A DNA stretch of 64,000 nt from the NCBI GenBank assembly GCA_001793235.1, contig MGHM01000017.1, forward strand, positions 2,971-66,970, in the 5' to 3' direction. This document shows positions 49,452 to 58,156 of the stretch, one piece after another. The stretch's first letter is position 1. Every line of letters starts with the position of its first letter. The stretch comes from Candidatus Woesebacteria bacterium RIFCSPLOWO2_01_FULL_44_24b (GTDB taxonomy: Bacteria; Patescibacteriota; Microgenomatia; UBA8517). A model generated the notes under the pieces. The model searched no databases and had not been told where the DNA came from. It saw nothing but the letters and a program-made list of their open reading frames with translations. The position numbers were made by a program, and so were the translations under genes.

Positions 49452-49907
49452 CTACTCGTTTAAGTTAGTTTTTCGGACCAATTTCGCAATATAGACTATT
49501 TGCCGTAGCTCCCCGTCTTCGCTTTCAAACTCGTTGGCACCGGTTAACCTTTGATATTCACGAAGATAATAAGACAAGCTTTCTTGAAGCTCCTTCCCCT
49601 CGTTCTTAATATCCTCAATTTTCTGATTCAACTCAGCAGCCTGCGGCTGGCGCAAAATTCTGTGCTTCGCCTCGCTTTTGTTTTTACTGGCCTTTTTGGC
49701 AATCTCATTTTTATCAGTATAATCTTCGTCATTTGCAAAAATGGAGCCCAGCATTTCTTTATGGGGCTTCATGTCCTCTTTGAGGTTTTCAAGCTTTTTA
49801 AGGCGGGAATTTATCGCATCCTGAATTTCAAGAAGGCTCATCACATTCTCCCCAACTACTTCCGCGTCTTCGATTTTTTCGTCGGTGGCTTTTATAGGCT
49901 CATCCAT
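49452..49907 (-). CDS. Hypothetical coiled-coil protein
   Basis: 151 aa helical ORF. Confidence 0.7.
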   Translation of the reverse strand: MDEPIKATDEKIEDAEVVGENVMSLLEIQDAINSRLKKLENLKEDMKPHKEMLGSIFANDEDYTDKNEIAKKASKNKSEAKHRILRQPQAAELNQKIEDIKNEGKELQESLSYYLREYQRLTGANEFESEDGELRQIVYIAKLVRKTNLNE

Positions 49908-49953
49908 GGCCCTCAATTTATCAAAATACTAGGCAAACTTACAAGTAGCAATA

Positions 49954-50640
49954 TTATATCTCTACTCCGTCAACAACCCACGGGCCGTCATCAACCGGGC
50001 AGGGAAGATATTGTCCATACTGCTCTCTCTTTTGCATCACAGTCTTTGCAATAAAAAATTCTGTATCTGTATATGTATTGTATATCTGCTTAATTCCCTT
50101 GTCAGTAAATAAAGCATCAACGCCATAACGCTCCAATATTTTCAAACGGGGGATATATGCCACCATTGTTTTTTCTCCTTCGTGCCCAGGTTTTGGGCAA
50201 AGGTATAAATCATAATAATCTTCAGCTAAAGCATCCAAGGTTTCATGCCTGGGTTGTCTATCCATCGTATTTGGATCACTTGAAAATGAAACACCGCCGT
50301 ACATTTTCGTTTCTGGTACGACATAAGAAGACACATTGTGATGAACATCGTTTTTATTGGCCAGTAACAACATCAAATCCGGATCGTAACCGCGAGGATA
50401 AAGCATGGCCAACAAAAGCAGTGTTCCGTTAAAACATGTTGCCCTCTTCTCCTCTAGAACGCGAACGATTGATATATCTTCCCCTGTCTCGTCATAAGTG
50501 AGATATCCTTTGACAAACTCTTGAGCCTTTTGTGGTGTATCATTTTCAATAACATGGGGTATAAGAATTTCGGGGTAACCCAAGGAAGACAGATATCCTT
50601 CCATGCTCCGCCTTGATTCAACCTCTACTGGTAAAGCCAT
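49954..50640 (-). CDS. Transglutaminase/papain-like fold hypothetical protein
   Basis: RATCFNGTLL and downstream HHNV. Confidence 0.55.
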   Translation of the reverse strand: MALPVEVESRRSMEGYLSSLGYPEILIPHVIENDTPQKAQEFVKGYLTYDETGEDISIVRVLEEKRATCFNGTLLLLAMLYPRGYDPDLMLLLANKNDVHHNVSSYVVPETKMYGGVSFSSDPNTMDRQPRHETLDALAEDYYDLYLCPKPGHEGEKTMVAYIPRLKILERYGVDALFTDKGIKQIYNTYTDTEFFIAKTVMQKREQYGQYLPCPVDDGPWVVDGVEI

Positions 50641-50682
50641 GGGGGGATTTTAGCACTTTTGAGTGTTAAAGAAAAGAAATTT

Positions 50683-51327
50683 TTACGCAACAGTTTTTCT
50701 TTGCTTGATAAACTGCTGGGCAAATTTACCAACCAAAAAGATAAGTGAAAATGATCCTACAAATATCGCAGTAAATGTTATAAAAATTAGTGGGGTTTGT
50801 GAGTTTAGCGCAATTGTGTACCAAATTAATACACCCGGAATGGCGGCTACCAAAGATACAACGAAATAAGTTTTGAACTTCATGTTGGTCAAACCCATTG
50901 CATAAGAAATAAAATCATTCAGGCTACCCAAAAAAACGCGGAGGAAAAACAGACTTACAATTCCATGCTCAACAGTGAACTTATCAACAGTCCTCATATT
51001 TTTTTCTCCGACAAATCGTTTTATTAATGGTCTGCCCCATCTTCTTGAAATATAAAAATTAACAGCAGCACTGATAATCCCGGATATCGTCAGGAGAAAT
51101 ACAATTTGGGGGCCATAAAGCACAAAACCAACAAACATAAGCGGTGTTCCACTTAGTGGCGCAATTACGGTTGTTACAACTCCAAGTAAAATTATCAAAA
51201 ATGGCCCCAGTATCCCAGCTCTTTCTATCCACTCTTTAATTACATTGGGGTCAACAGAGCGGCTTAGTAAATAAAGAAGAGCAATTACTACCAAGACTGG
51301 TATAACTGAATACAGCTTCTCTTTCAT
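50683..51327 (-). CDS. DedA/TVP38 (VTT domain) membrane protein
   Basis: FYISRRWGR, FFLR, ISYAMGLT. Confidence 0.88.
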   Translation of the reverse strand: MKEKLYSVIPVLVVIALLYLLSRSVDPNVIKEWIERAGILGPFLIILLGVVTTVIAPLSGTPLMFVGFVLYGPQIVFLLTISGIISAAVNFYISRRWGRPLIKRFVGEKNMRTVDKFTVEHGIVSLFFLRVFLGSLNDFISYAMGLTNMKFKTYFVVSLVAAIPGVLIWYTIALNSQTPLIFITFTAIFVGSFSLIFLVGKFAQQFIKQRKTVA

Positions 51328-51368
51328 ACCAAAAGTATACAGTAAACACTCATGTTATAATTTTCCTC

Positions 51369-52616
51369 ATGGCAACAACTGAGCGCGCAGAGCTACGCTT
51401 TTCTGTTGAAAAAAGTGCATACATTGGAAACCTGCATGTTGGCTACGTAGGCTATGGCAAGTGGCGAGCACTTCCGGGCAACGAAGGCTTTACTGGAGGA
51501 TTTACTTTTCCCCCGGAATACGATGCTTACTCGGATTACGCACATGTGCAAAATGTTGAGAAGGTCGAAGCACTTGCAAAGCGTGCCATGAAAGCCAAAG
51601 ACTGGGACGGGATCGATATCTTAGTGGGGGCTTCCGTGTCGGCTAGGGATTATGTTCCTCACGAAACAGCTGACAATCTAAGACAGAATGGAATTTACGT
51701 CGGGGAAAGCAAATTTTATGGCTATGCCTGCCTTGGTGGGATGGCAGCAGTTACAGATCTTGCCCTTGATCCAAAATATGAAGGGGCAAGAGTTGTGGTA
51801 GTGCCATTTGAGAATTTAAGCGGTACAGTCATGGGACCAGTTGAGAACGGAGAATATAATGCAACACAAAACATGTTCGGCAATGGCGCAGGATGGATGG
51901 CGTTTGAAGCAGGAAAGGATTTAAAGTGTTTATATGCCTGCGTTGTCGTTGATCACGACGAATACGGAGTTATCAAAGTTCCTCGCGCATACGAGTTACC
52001 CCCTGAGGAAGAAAGGCTTGAGCCTCCTGCACACTACCAATTTGTTGGTGATTCCAGAAAACATTTCGCTTGGACCAAAAATGGAGCATACAAAGAAATG
52101 CCTTTATCTAAGGATCATACCAGAATGGAGCCTATACCAACTCTAAAAGAATTTGCTTATAAAGGTGCGGAACATATAGCACAAAACGATAGTGTATTTA
52201 TTTCTAAATATTGGCCCAAATATGGTTTCATGCCCATTGGCGAGCCTTGGATGCACCAAGCAAGTAGTACTGTAGTGGGGGCATTGGAAAACAGAACTCG
52301 AATTCAAATGCTTTCTTACTACGGAGTGGAAAGAGCCACAATAACTAAGCTGAATAAAATGGACCAATTTGAGCGACAAGAGAAAATTGCAGAAATATTA
52401 GGAGCAAAAGATGTTCCCGCGTTGTGGTACCACGATCCAAGCTTGCCATGGGTAATGAAAGAGTCGCTATTGAATAACGTAAGCGGTGCTACGTCATTTG
52501 TACAACTCACCGAAATGGCATGTCAAGGAAGAATAAAGCCGGGTACAATAACTCCTGCCTACGGCTTTGCCATTGGGTCTATGTTTGGAAGTTATTATGT
52601 GGTTTTTGATCAATAA
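51369..52616 (+). CDS. Thiolase-fold condensing enzyme (FabH / type III PKS-like), divergent
   Basis: YACLGG (Cys), MFGNGAG, HQAS (His), NNVSGAT (Asn), GFAIG. Confidence 0.7.
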   Translation: MATTERAELRFSVEKSAYIGNLHVGYVGYGKWRALPGNEGFTGGFTFPPEYDAYSDYAHVQNVEKVEALAKRAMKAKDWDGIDILVGASVSARDYVPHETADNLRQNGIYVGESKFYGYACLGGMAAVTDLALDPKYEGARVVVVPFENLSGTVMGPVENGEYNATQNMFGNGAGWMAFEAGKDLKCLYACVVVDHDEYGVIKVPRAYELPPEEERLEPPAHYQFVGDSRKHFAWTKNGAYKEMPLSKDHTRMEPIPTLKEFAYKGAEHIAQNDSVFISKYWPKYGFMPIGEPWMHQASSTVVGALENRTRIQMLSYYGVERATITKLNKMDQFERQEKIAEILGAKDVPALWYHDPSLPWVMKESLLNNVSGATSFVQLTEMACQGRIKPGTITPAYGFAIGSMFGSYYVVFDQ

Positions 52617-53829
52617 ACTGCACAACTTCTTCAAGGGCAACAAGCTTATTTTCCCCTGAAGCCATTTCTTTGAGAGTAACTTTATTTTGTTTGACTTCCT
52701 CTTCCCCGATTATGACAACATAGGGTATTCCCTTTTTATCTGCATATTTTATTTGCTTACCAATTTGAGTGTCGTTATCCGGATAGAGTTCGGTGTTAAT
52801 TCCGGCATCTCTTAGACTTGTGCTAACTTCTATGGATCTATCAAGAAATTCATCGGAAAAAACAGTTACCAAAACTCTCGTGTTTGTACCAAACTTGGGC
52901 AACAAATTCAAAGTTTCTAATGCTTCAAGCGTTCTGTCAAAACCAAACGCAATTCCCGTTCCTGCAATCTTTTTACCGATAATTCTCTCAAACATACCGT
53001 CATATCTTTCGCCCCCGCCAACGGAGCCACCGAAAGAAGCGGTAGAATAGCCCGGTATTACCATTTCCCAAATAGGGCCTTCGGAGTAGGAAAAAGATCT
53101 TGCAAGGGTTGGTTCAAACTTGTAGTTCTCTTGTGCGATTCCAGAGTTTTTTAGATACGAAAAAATTGTCTCTAGCGTCTTGTCTGGTTTCAAGTTGTTC
53201 ACTTTTTCCAAGAAATCCTCCGCTTCTTTTTGGGTAAATCCTTTGGCAATAATTTCGGAAACAACACCTTCAGCTCCTATTTTTTTAATCTTGTCTATTG
53301 CGGCAATTACTGGATAGGGAATTTCTTTGAGAAGTTCGCGGCTATTTATTAAAGCAACTACGTCCTTAAATCCTAAAGTTTTGTAAAGGTCGATACTTAC
53401 GGCTATGCACTCGGCATCGGCAATAGGGGACTCTATCCCAAAAATATCGATATCGGCTTGCACAAATTCACGGTACCTGCCTTTTTGAGGCTTTTCTGAC
53501 CTAAAAGCGGACTGGATTTGATATCTTCTAAAAGGAAAGACAATATTATTTAGGTTTTGCCCGACTACTCTTACAGAGGGCACTGTTTGGTCATACCGCA
53601 ACGCCACATCACGGTCACCTTGATCCTTAAATTTGAAAAATAATTTTTCATCTTCGCCAATTTGGCCGGCAAAAAGCTCAAGAGGCTCAAGAGTAGGAGT
53701 TTCCAAAGGCTCATAACCCCATTTCTCAAAGACAGAGACCATCTTAGTCCTAAGCCAAGCTCGTTTGCGAGCCTCTTCAGGCAAAAAGTCTCTGAATCCT
53801 TTTAGTAATTGGATGTTTTGTTTAGTCAT
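52579..53829 (-). CDS. hisS: Histidine--tRNA ligase
   Basis: KGFRDFLP, LRYDQT, FRSEKPQKGRYREF.Q.D.D, GGGERYD, GFDR. Confidence 0.97.
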   Translation of the reverse strand: MTKQNIQLLKGFRDFLPEEARKRAWLRTKMVSVFEKWGYEPLETPTLEPLELFAGQIGEDEKLFFKFKDQGDRDVALRYDQTVPSVRVVGQNLNNIVFPFRRYQIQSAFRSEKPQKGRYREFVQADIDIFGIESPIADAECIAVSIDLYKTLGFKDVVALINSRELLKEIPYPVIAAIDKIKKIGAEGVVSEIIAKGFTQKEAEDFLEKVNNLKPDKTLETIFSYLKNSGIAQENYKFEPTLARSFSYSEGPIWEMVIPGYSTASFGGSVGGGERYDGMFERIIGKKIAGTGIAFGFDRTLEALETLNLLPKFGTNTRVLVTVFSDEFLDRSIEVSTSLRDAGINTELYPDNDTQIGKQIKYADKKGIPYVVIIGEEEVKQNKVTLKEMASGENKLVALEEVVQFIDQKPHNNFQT

Positions 53830-54505
53830 ATAAATAATTCTCACTCTCCATTAAAACCGCATTATTGACCTTTTCTACTTTAGCTGTAATTGTAAAAACG
53901 TTATTATTTTTCTCCACAGATATTATTTCGCCGGTCGGTTGAACAATATCTTTCATTCTGCTTATAATACTCATCGCAATGCTTCCAGACCCACAAGATG
54001 TTTCTTCAACAATTGTATTTGTGGCTTTGACATACACTATTGGCCTCAACCTACCTGAATTATAATCTACTATCCCAAAAGCTGGTAGATTATATTCTTC
54101 GGCCATTTTAGCTAAAGTCTCTGATGAGTCTAAACTATCTCTATCTGCAAACAAATAGCCAATACCTTTGAAAATCACACACCTGTCTTTAATATAAAAA
54201 GGGAGCGAAAGTTTAATGGATGTATCGCCGTTTATGTTTACATATTCGACTGGCCTTTCAACACCGCTGGTATAAAGAAACCCACTTTTATTTTTGAGAC
54301 TCCTCACAAATGCAATTGTCCCATTAACGCACAACTCATTGCCCATCATGATTAGTCTAGGCAAACCTTTAAATTCGTCAACAAATCCCACTTGCTCGAC
54401 CTCACCGAGATATTTTTTACACACAAGACCCCTCAAGTCTGCTGAGCAATTTCTGACCAGCAAAGTTGAGTTACCTCCTGCTATTATATATTTTTCGTAT
54501 TTCAT
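53822..54505 (-). CDS. DapF-fold amino acid racemase, histidine racemase CntK-like
   Basis: GGNSTLLV, EQVGFV, MMGNELCVNGT, EETSCGSGS: both catalytic Cys are present and the motifs resemble S. aureus CntK as recalled (GNMTILV, EQVGFI, GNEFCGNAT, SCGSGT). Confidence 0.8.
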   Translation of the reverse strand: MKYEKYIIAGGNSTLLVRNCSADLRGLVCKKYLGEVEQVGFVDEFKGLPRLIMMGNELCVNGTIAFVRSLKNKSGFLYTSGVERPVEYVNINGDTSIKLSLPFYIKDRCVIFKGIGYLFADRDSLDSSETLAKMAEEYNLPAFGIVDYNSGRLRPIVYVKATNTIVEETSCGSGSIAMSIISRMKDIVQPTGEIISVEKNNNVFTITAKVEKVNNAVLMESENYLYD

Positions 54506-54517
54506 ATAATTTTCCTT

Positions 54518-54594
54518 TGGGTGGCTGAAGGGAATCGAACCCTCGACCTGTCGCTCCACAAGCGACCGCTCTAACCAACTGAGCTACAGCCACC
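54518..54594 (-). tRNA. tRNA-His(GTG)
   Basis: G-1 plus GTGGCTG/CAGCCAC acceptor stem with C discriminator; anticodon arm GTCGC-TTGTGGA-GCGAC; GGTTCGATTCC. Confidence 0.96.
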
Positions 54595-54870
54595 AAAAAA
54601 CCTCCCGTTCTTTACACACCAATTCAAATAAATGAACTAATGTATAAGGAACGAGAGGTGGTCTTAACAAAAAAAGACCGCTCCCGCGGTCCCATCCTTA
54701 TTCTCGCCAACTTACGTTGGTAAGCTCTTGGGCCGACTCTACTTCGGCAAGCTCAGCACTTGCAGCGCGGTGACATCGACTGACTGATTTTACGGTTTGT
54801 CTTCCGTCAGGTATTTGGCCTGCAGCTCCTGGATCGTGACTCCAGTACAAACGCTTTTGACTAAACTGGC
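54595..54870 (-). ncRNA. Histidine T-box riboswitch (transcriptional, ultrashort stem I)
   Basis: AATAAGGA-TGGGACC-GCG T-box (54702-54685); antiterminator partner CGTTCCT; terminator 54658-54601 plus T6; stem CTGGA-GT-CAC-GA-TCCAG with His codon at 54838-54836. Confidence 0.85.
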
Positions 54871-54872
54871 GT

Positions 54873-54902
54873 AGTTTACAATAAGACTGCAAATTTTGTC
54901 AA
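54873..54902 (-). promoter_or_regulatory. Sigma70 promoter of the T-box/tRNA-His operon
   Basis: TTGACA, 18 bp spacer, TAAACT. Confidence 0.65.
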
Positions 54903-54904
54903 AT

Positions 54905-55153
54905 TTATTTCTTTTTTAAAACCTTCTTGCCAAGAGTGAAATCTTTATTTAGTAGAAGATAAATTGCGGGGAGAATTCCGAGGGAGTTGACCACCAAAAG
55001 CGCGATAAACCAAACCTGCTGGCCGCGCTTGGCTGCTCGCCAAAGAGCAAAGCCTTTAAGAACCAAGTCCAACAAAGCCAACGGTCCCACAATCCACAAA
55101 ATCCGGGGATTATTAAACATCCAGCCGCTCATCCAATTATTTCCCCACATCAT
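54905..55153 (-). CDS. Small membrane protein (DUF5652-like)
   Basis: KGFALWRAA...WF....VNSLGILP. Confidence 0.8.
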   Translation of the reverse strand: MMWGNNWMSGWMFNNPRILWIVGPLALLDLVLKGFALWRAAKRGQQVWFIALLVVNSLGILPAIYLLLNKDFTLGKKVLKKK

Positions 55154-55193
55154 ATAATTAATATTAGACTTGCAAGAAGCTATCTGTCAATAT

Positions 55194-55223
55194 CTCAGCC
55201 AATCCTCAGCAAAGTGGTACAAT
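55194..55223 (+). promoter_or_regulatory. Putative OmpR/PhoB-type direct-repeat box upstream of the two-component operon
   Basis: CTCAGC at 55194 and 55205 (11 bp period), followed by -10 TACAAT at 55218. Confidence 0.5.
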
Positions 55224-55233
55224 ATTGCCATAA

Positions 55234-55893
55234 ATGCGACTACTTGTTGTTGAGGATGAACATAAAATCGCGGCGGCATTGAAAAAAGGCTTGGAGCAGG
55301 AAAACTACGCGGTAGATTTGGCTTATGATGGCGAGGAAGGTTATGACTTTGCCTCCACCGAAGACTACGCTGTAATTATTCTTGACTTGATGCTTCCGAA
55401 GATGGACGGTGTAACTGTTTGCAAAAAGCTCCGCGAGGACAACATTCACACGCCAATTTTAATGCTTACTGCAAAAGGCGAGCTGGATGATAAAGTAAGC
55501 GGCCTCAATTCCGGCGCGGACGATTATCTCACAAAGCCATTTGCCTTTGCCGAACTTCTCGCCCGCGTCAAGGCCTTAACCCGAAGGCCCAAGCATACCA
55601 CTCAAACCAAACTGAAGGTTGCAGACTTAACACTCAACACAAATAACTATGAAGTAAAAAGAAATGCTAAAGTTATTCAACTGTCCAAAAAAGAGTTTGC
55701 TTTACTGGAATACTTAATGCGCCACCCAAACACTATTTTGTCCAAAGACCAGATAATTGCCCATATTTGGGATTATGAAGCCGACGTTTTGCCTAATACC
55801 GTGGAGGTTTATATCGGGTATTTAAGAAGAAAACTTCCAAATTTAATTCATACTATACGAGGATTTGGGTACAAGATCGGAGAAGCCAAATGA
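55234..55893 (+). CDS. OmpR/PhoB family response regulator
   Basis: VVEDE, ILDLMLP, GADDYLTKPF, IHTIRGFGY. Confidence 0.95.
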   Translation: MRLLVVEDEHKIAAALKKGLEQENYAVDLAYDGEEGYDFASTEDYAVIILDLMLPKMDGVTVCKKLREDNIHTPILMLTAKGELDDKVSGLNSGADDYLTKPFAFAELLARVKALTRRPKHTTQTKLKVADLTLNTNNYEVKRNAKVIQLSKKEFALLEYLMRHPNTILSKDQIIAHIWDYEADVLPNTVEVYIGYLRRKLPNLIHTIRGFGYKIGEAK

Positions 55894-56900
55894 CCCGCTT
55901 TTCTTCAGCCCGCTTAAAGCTTACTCTTTGGTACTTAATTATTGTCGCGATCGTAAGCTTTTCCTTCAGCGCCATTATTTATAATGGCGTGGTCTCCGAG
56001 CTTGAGCGCGGCTTTCAAATAGCAGAGTTTCATGTTCAAAGCCCAAACAACGTCTTTGTCCCGAGAAAAATTGCCCTTCAAATTTTAAAAGACGATTTTG
56101 AGCTTGCCAAAAAAGCGGTCACCATTCGTCTTTTGTCCATTAACGCAATTATAATCGCGGCCTCCGGAATTGCGGCGTACATTTTGGCCGGCAAAACGCT
56201 TGAGCCTTTGCAGTTAGCGCTTGAAGAGCAAAAACGCTTTACGGCTGATGCGAGTCATGAGCTTAAGACCCCATTGACTGCCTTAAGAACTGAACTCGAA
56301 GTAGCCTTACGAGATAAAAAACTAAATTTAAAAGATGCGAAAAATATGCTAAAAAGCAACTTGGAAGAGGTGGCAAATCTTCAAAACTTGTCAGAAAACC
56401 TCATGAAATTAACAAGATATTCTCAAGGAATAAACGGCATCCGCTTTAATAGACTAAACATCAAAATTCCGCTGGAGCAGGCCATAAAGAAAGTTACTCC
56501 AATGGCAAAAGCTAAAAATATAAAGCTAAGGAAGGACATTTCAAACATAGAAATTAAAGCGGACAGCCAATCGCTTGAGGAGCTATTTATAATACTTCTG
56601 GACAATGCCATTAAATATAGCCCCGAAAAATCGGTAGTTATTATTTCCACTCTCGTTCATCGTAATAAAGTGGCGGTTGACGTGGCAGATCAAGGAGTGG
56701 GTATTGCCAAAGCAGACATTCCCCATTTGTTTGACAGGTTTTACAGGGCTGATGTGTCGCGCAACAAAACCAAAGCAGATGGTTATGGTCTTGGATTGGC
56801 AATAGCCAAAGAAATAGTAGAGCGCCACAAGGGCGAGATTTCAGTGCGAAGCATTGTGGACAAGGGCTCCACTTTCACAGTTTTACTTCCAATATCTTAA
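55890..56900 (+). CDS. Sensor histidine kinase
   Basis: ASHELKTP, LLDNAIKYS, DQGVG, FDRFYR, GLGLAI. Confidence 0.95.
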   Translation: MTRFSSARLKLTLWYLIIVAIVSFSFSAIIYNGVVSELERGFQIAEFHVQSPNNVFVPRKIALQILKDDFELAKKAVTIRLLSINAIIIAASGIAAYILAGKTLEPLQLALEEQKRFTADASHELKTPLTALRTELEVALRDKKLNLKDAKNMLKSNLEEVANLQNLSENLMKLTRYSQGINGIRFNRLNIKIPLEQAIKKVTPMAKAKNIKLRKDISNIEIKADSQSLEELFIILLDNAIKYSPEKSVVIISTLVHRNKVAVDVADQGVGIAKADIPHLFDRFYRADVSRNKTKADGYGLGLAIAKEIVERHKGEISVRSIVDKGSTFTVLLPIS

Positions 56901-56954
56901 GCATTTCTTCAGATTTAGGGTTTATATTCACAATTAAAGGTGAAAGGGGGCCTG

Positions 56955-56981
56955 CCCCTCCGTAGCCTTGGCGAAGGGGGG
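56955..56981. repeat. REP-like palindrome
   Basis: CCCCTCCGTAGCCTTGGCGAAGGGGGG. Confidence 0.55.
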
Positions 56982-56990
56982 TGAGAATAG

Positions 56991-57467
56991 ATGAAGAAAA
57001 AGATATTTTTATCTAGTGTTGTGATGACCGGGCTTTTGGCGGTTGGGGCAATAGGCATTCTGCCAGCCTCTGCCCAGGAAGCCACAGACTATCCGACAAT
57101 TATCCAAAAGTTGGCCGACAGGTTTGGTCTAAACGTCGAGGAAGTACAGGATGTTTTTGAAGAGGAGCGTGCTGAGCACCATGCTCAAATGCTTGACAGC
57201 TTTGAAGACAGGCTCTCCCAAGCTGTGACTGATGGAAAAATAACAGAGGAGCAAAAACAGGCGATTTTAAATAAGCACGAGGAGCTCACGGCCAAGATGG
57301 AGGAACTAAGAAACCAGAACATAAGCCGCGACGAAATGCACGAACAAATGCGTGCCTATCGTGAGGAGCTTAAAACCTGGGCTGAAGAGCAAGGCATAGA
57401 GTTTACATTCATGGCCAGGTTCGGTGATCACCACCATGGGGGAATGTTTCTGGAAAAGCTAGACTAA
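56991..57467 (+). CDS. Secreted helical protein (Spy/heavy-metal-binding-like)
   Basis: Signal peptide, AVTDGKITEEQ, His/Met-rich; follows the two-component system. Confidence 0.7.
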   Translation: MKKKIFLSSVVMTGLLAVGAIGILPASAQEATDYPTIIQKLADRFGLNVEEVQDVFEEERAEHHAQMLDSFEDRLSQAVTDGKITEEQKQAILNKHEELTAKMEELRNQNISRDEMHEQMRAYREELKTWAEEQGIEFTFMARFGDHHHGGMFLEKLD

Positions 57468-57482
57468 ATTTAGCTAGCCAAG

Positions 57483-57518
57483 CAAGATACCTCGCATCTG
57501 CGGGGTATCTTGTATTTT
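57483..57518 (+). terminator. Intrinsic terminator
   Basis: CAAGATACCTCGCA-TC-TGCGGGGTATCTTG-TATTTT. Confidence 0.75.
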
Positions 57519-57546
57519 GACAAATCAGCAAAAAGGCATTTAACAT

Positions 57547-57612
57547 GTCCCAGTGAGATAGCGAAGCATCTCACGGGATCACATGAGATGTGCTATGCAC
57601 TATCTCATAGTG
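57547..57612. repeat. Inverted doublet of related hairpins (REPIN-like)
   Basis: GTGAGAT-A-GCGAAGC-ATCTCAC and, on the opposite strand, ATGAGAT-A-GTGCATAGCAC-ATCTCAT. Confidence 0.55.
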
Positions 57613-57622
57613 AGCAAAGGAG

Positions 57623-58156
57623 GTGAGCAGATTGGAAGAAAATACTAAAGAAGATACAACTGAAAATATACAAGAAGCTAATCAGTCAAATAAAATGAAT
57701 CCCATGCTCCTTGTGGGAATTATTGTTGCGGTTTTAATTATTGGTGCAGTTGTGGTTCTTGGAATGGGAGCATCAAATACTGCAGACTCTGTAGCTGAAA
57801 AAACTGAAAACACGGTAGCACCCATAGCCACCACTCAGAGTGAAACGATGGATGAAGCAGCGCCCGAGAACGTAATTGAAGTAGAGGGCGGCTCTTTTTA
57901 CTTTAAGCCAAACGAAATTCGAGTCAAAGCCGGCGAGACTGTCACAATCAAGCTTAACTCGGCAGACATGATGCATGACTTTGTCATTGACGAGCTGGAT
58001 GTTCGAACTGAGATAGTCCAGGGAGGTAGTTCAGGAAGCGTCACATTCACACCCACCGAACCCGGGGAATATGAATTTTACTGCAGTGTGAGTAACCACC
58101 GAGCGCAGGGAATGGTGGGGACACTTATAGTCGAAGAATACACGCTTGTAGAGTGA
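57623..58156 (+). CDS. Membrane-anchored cupredoxin (blue copper) protein
   Basis: MHDF ... YEFYCSVSNHRAQGM type-1 Cu ligands. Confidence 0.88.
   Translation: MSRLEENTKEDTTENIQEANQSNKMNPMLLVGIIVAVLIIGAVVVLGMGASNTADSVAEKTENTVAPIATTQSETMDEAAPENVIEVEGGSFYFKPNEIRVKAGETVTIKLNSADMMHDFVIDELDVRTEIVQGGSSGSVTFTPTEPGEYEFYCSVSNHRAQGMVGTLIVEEYTLVE

Noticed and set aside
54506..54892. N-terminal extension of the racemase ORF (to 54559) and ORF 54698-54892
   Set aside because: They overlap tRNA-His and the T-box leader; the racemase more plausibly starts at ATG 54505 after AAGGA
57547..57612. SRP, 6S or other known ncRNA
   Set aside because: Lacks the SRP domain IV motif and 6S length; better explained as a palindromic repeat doublet
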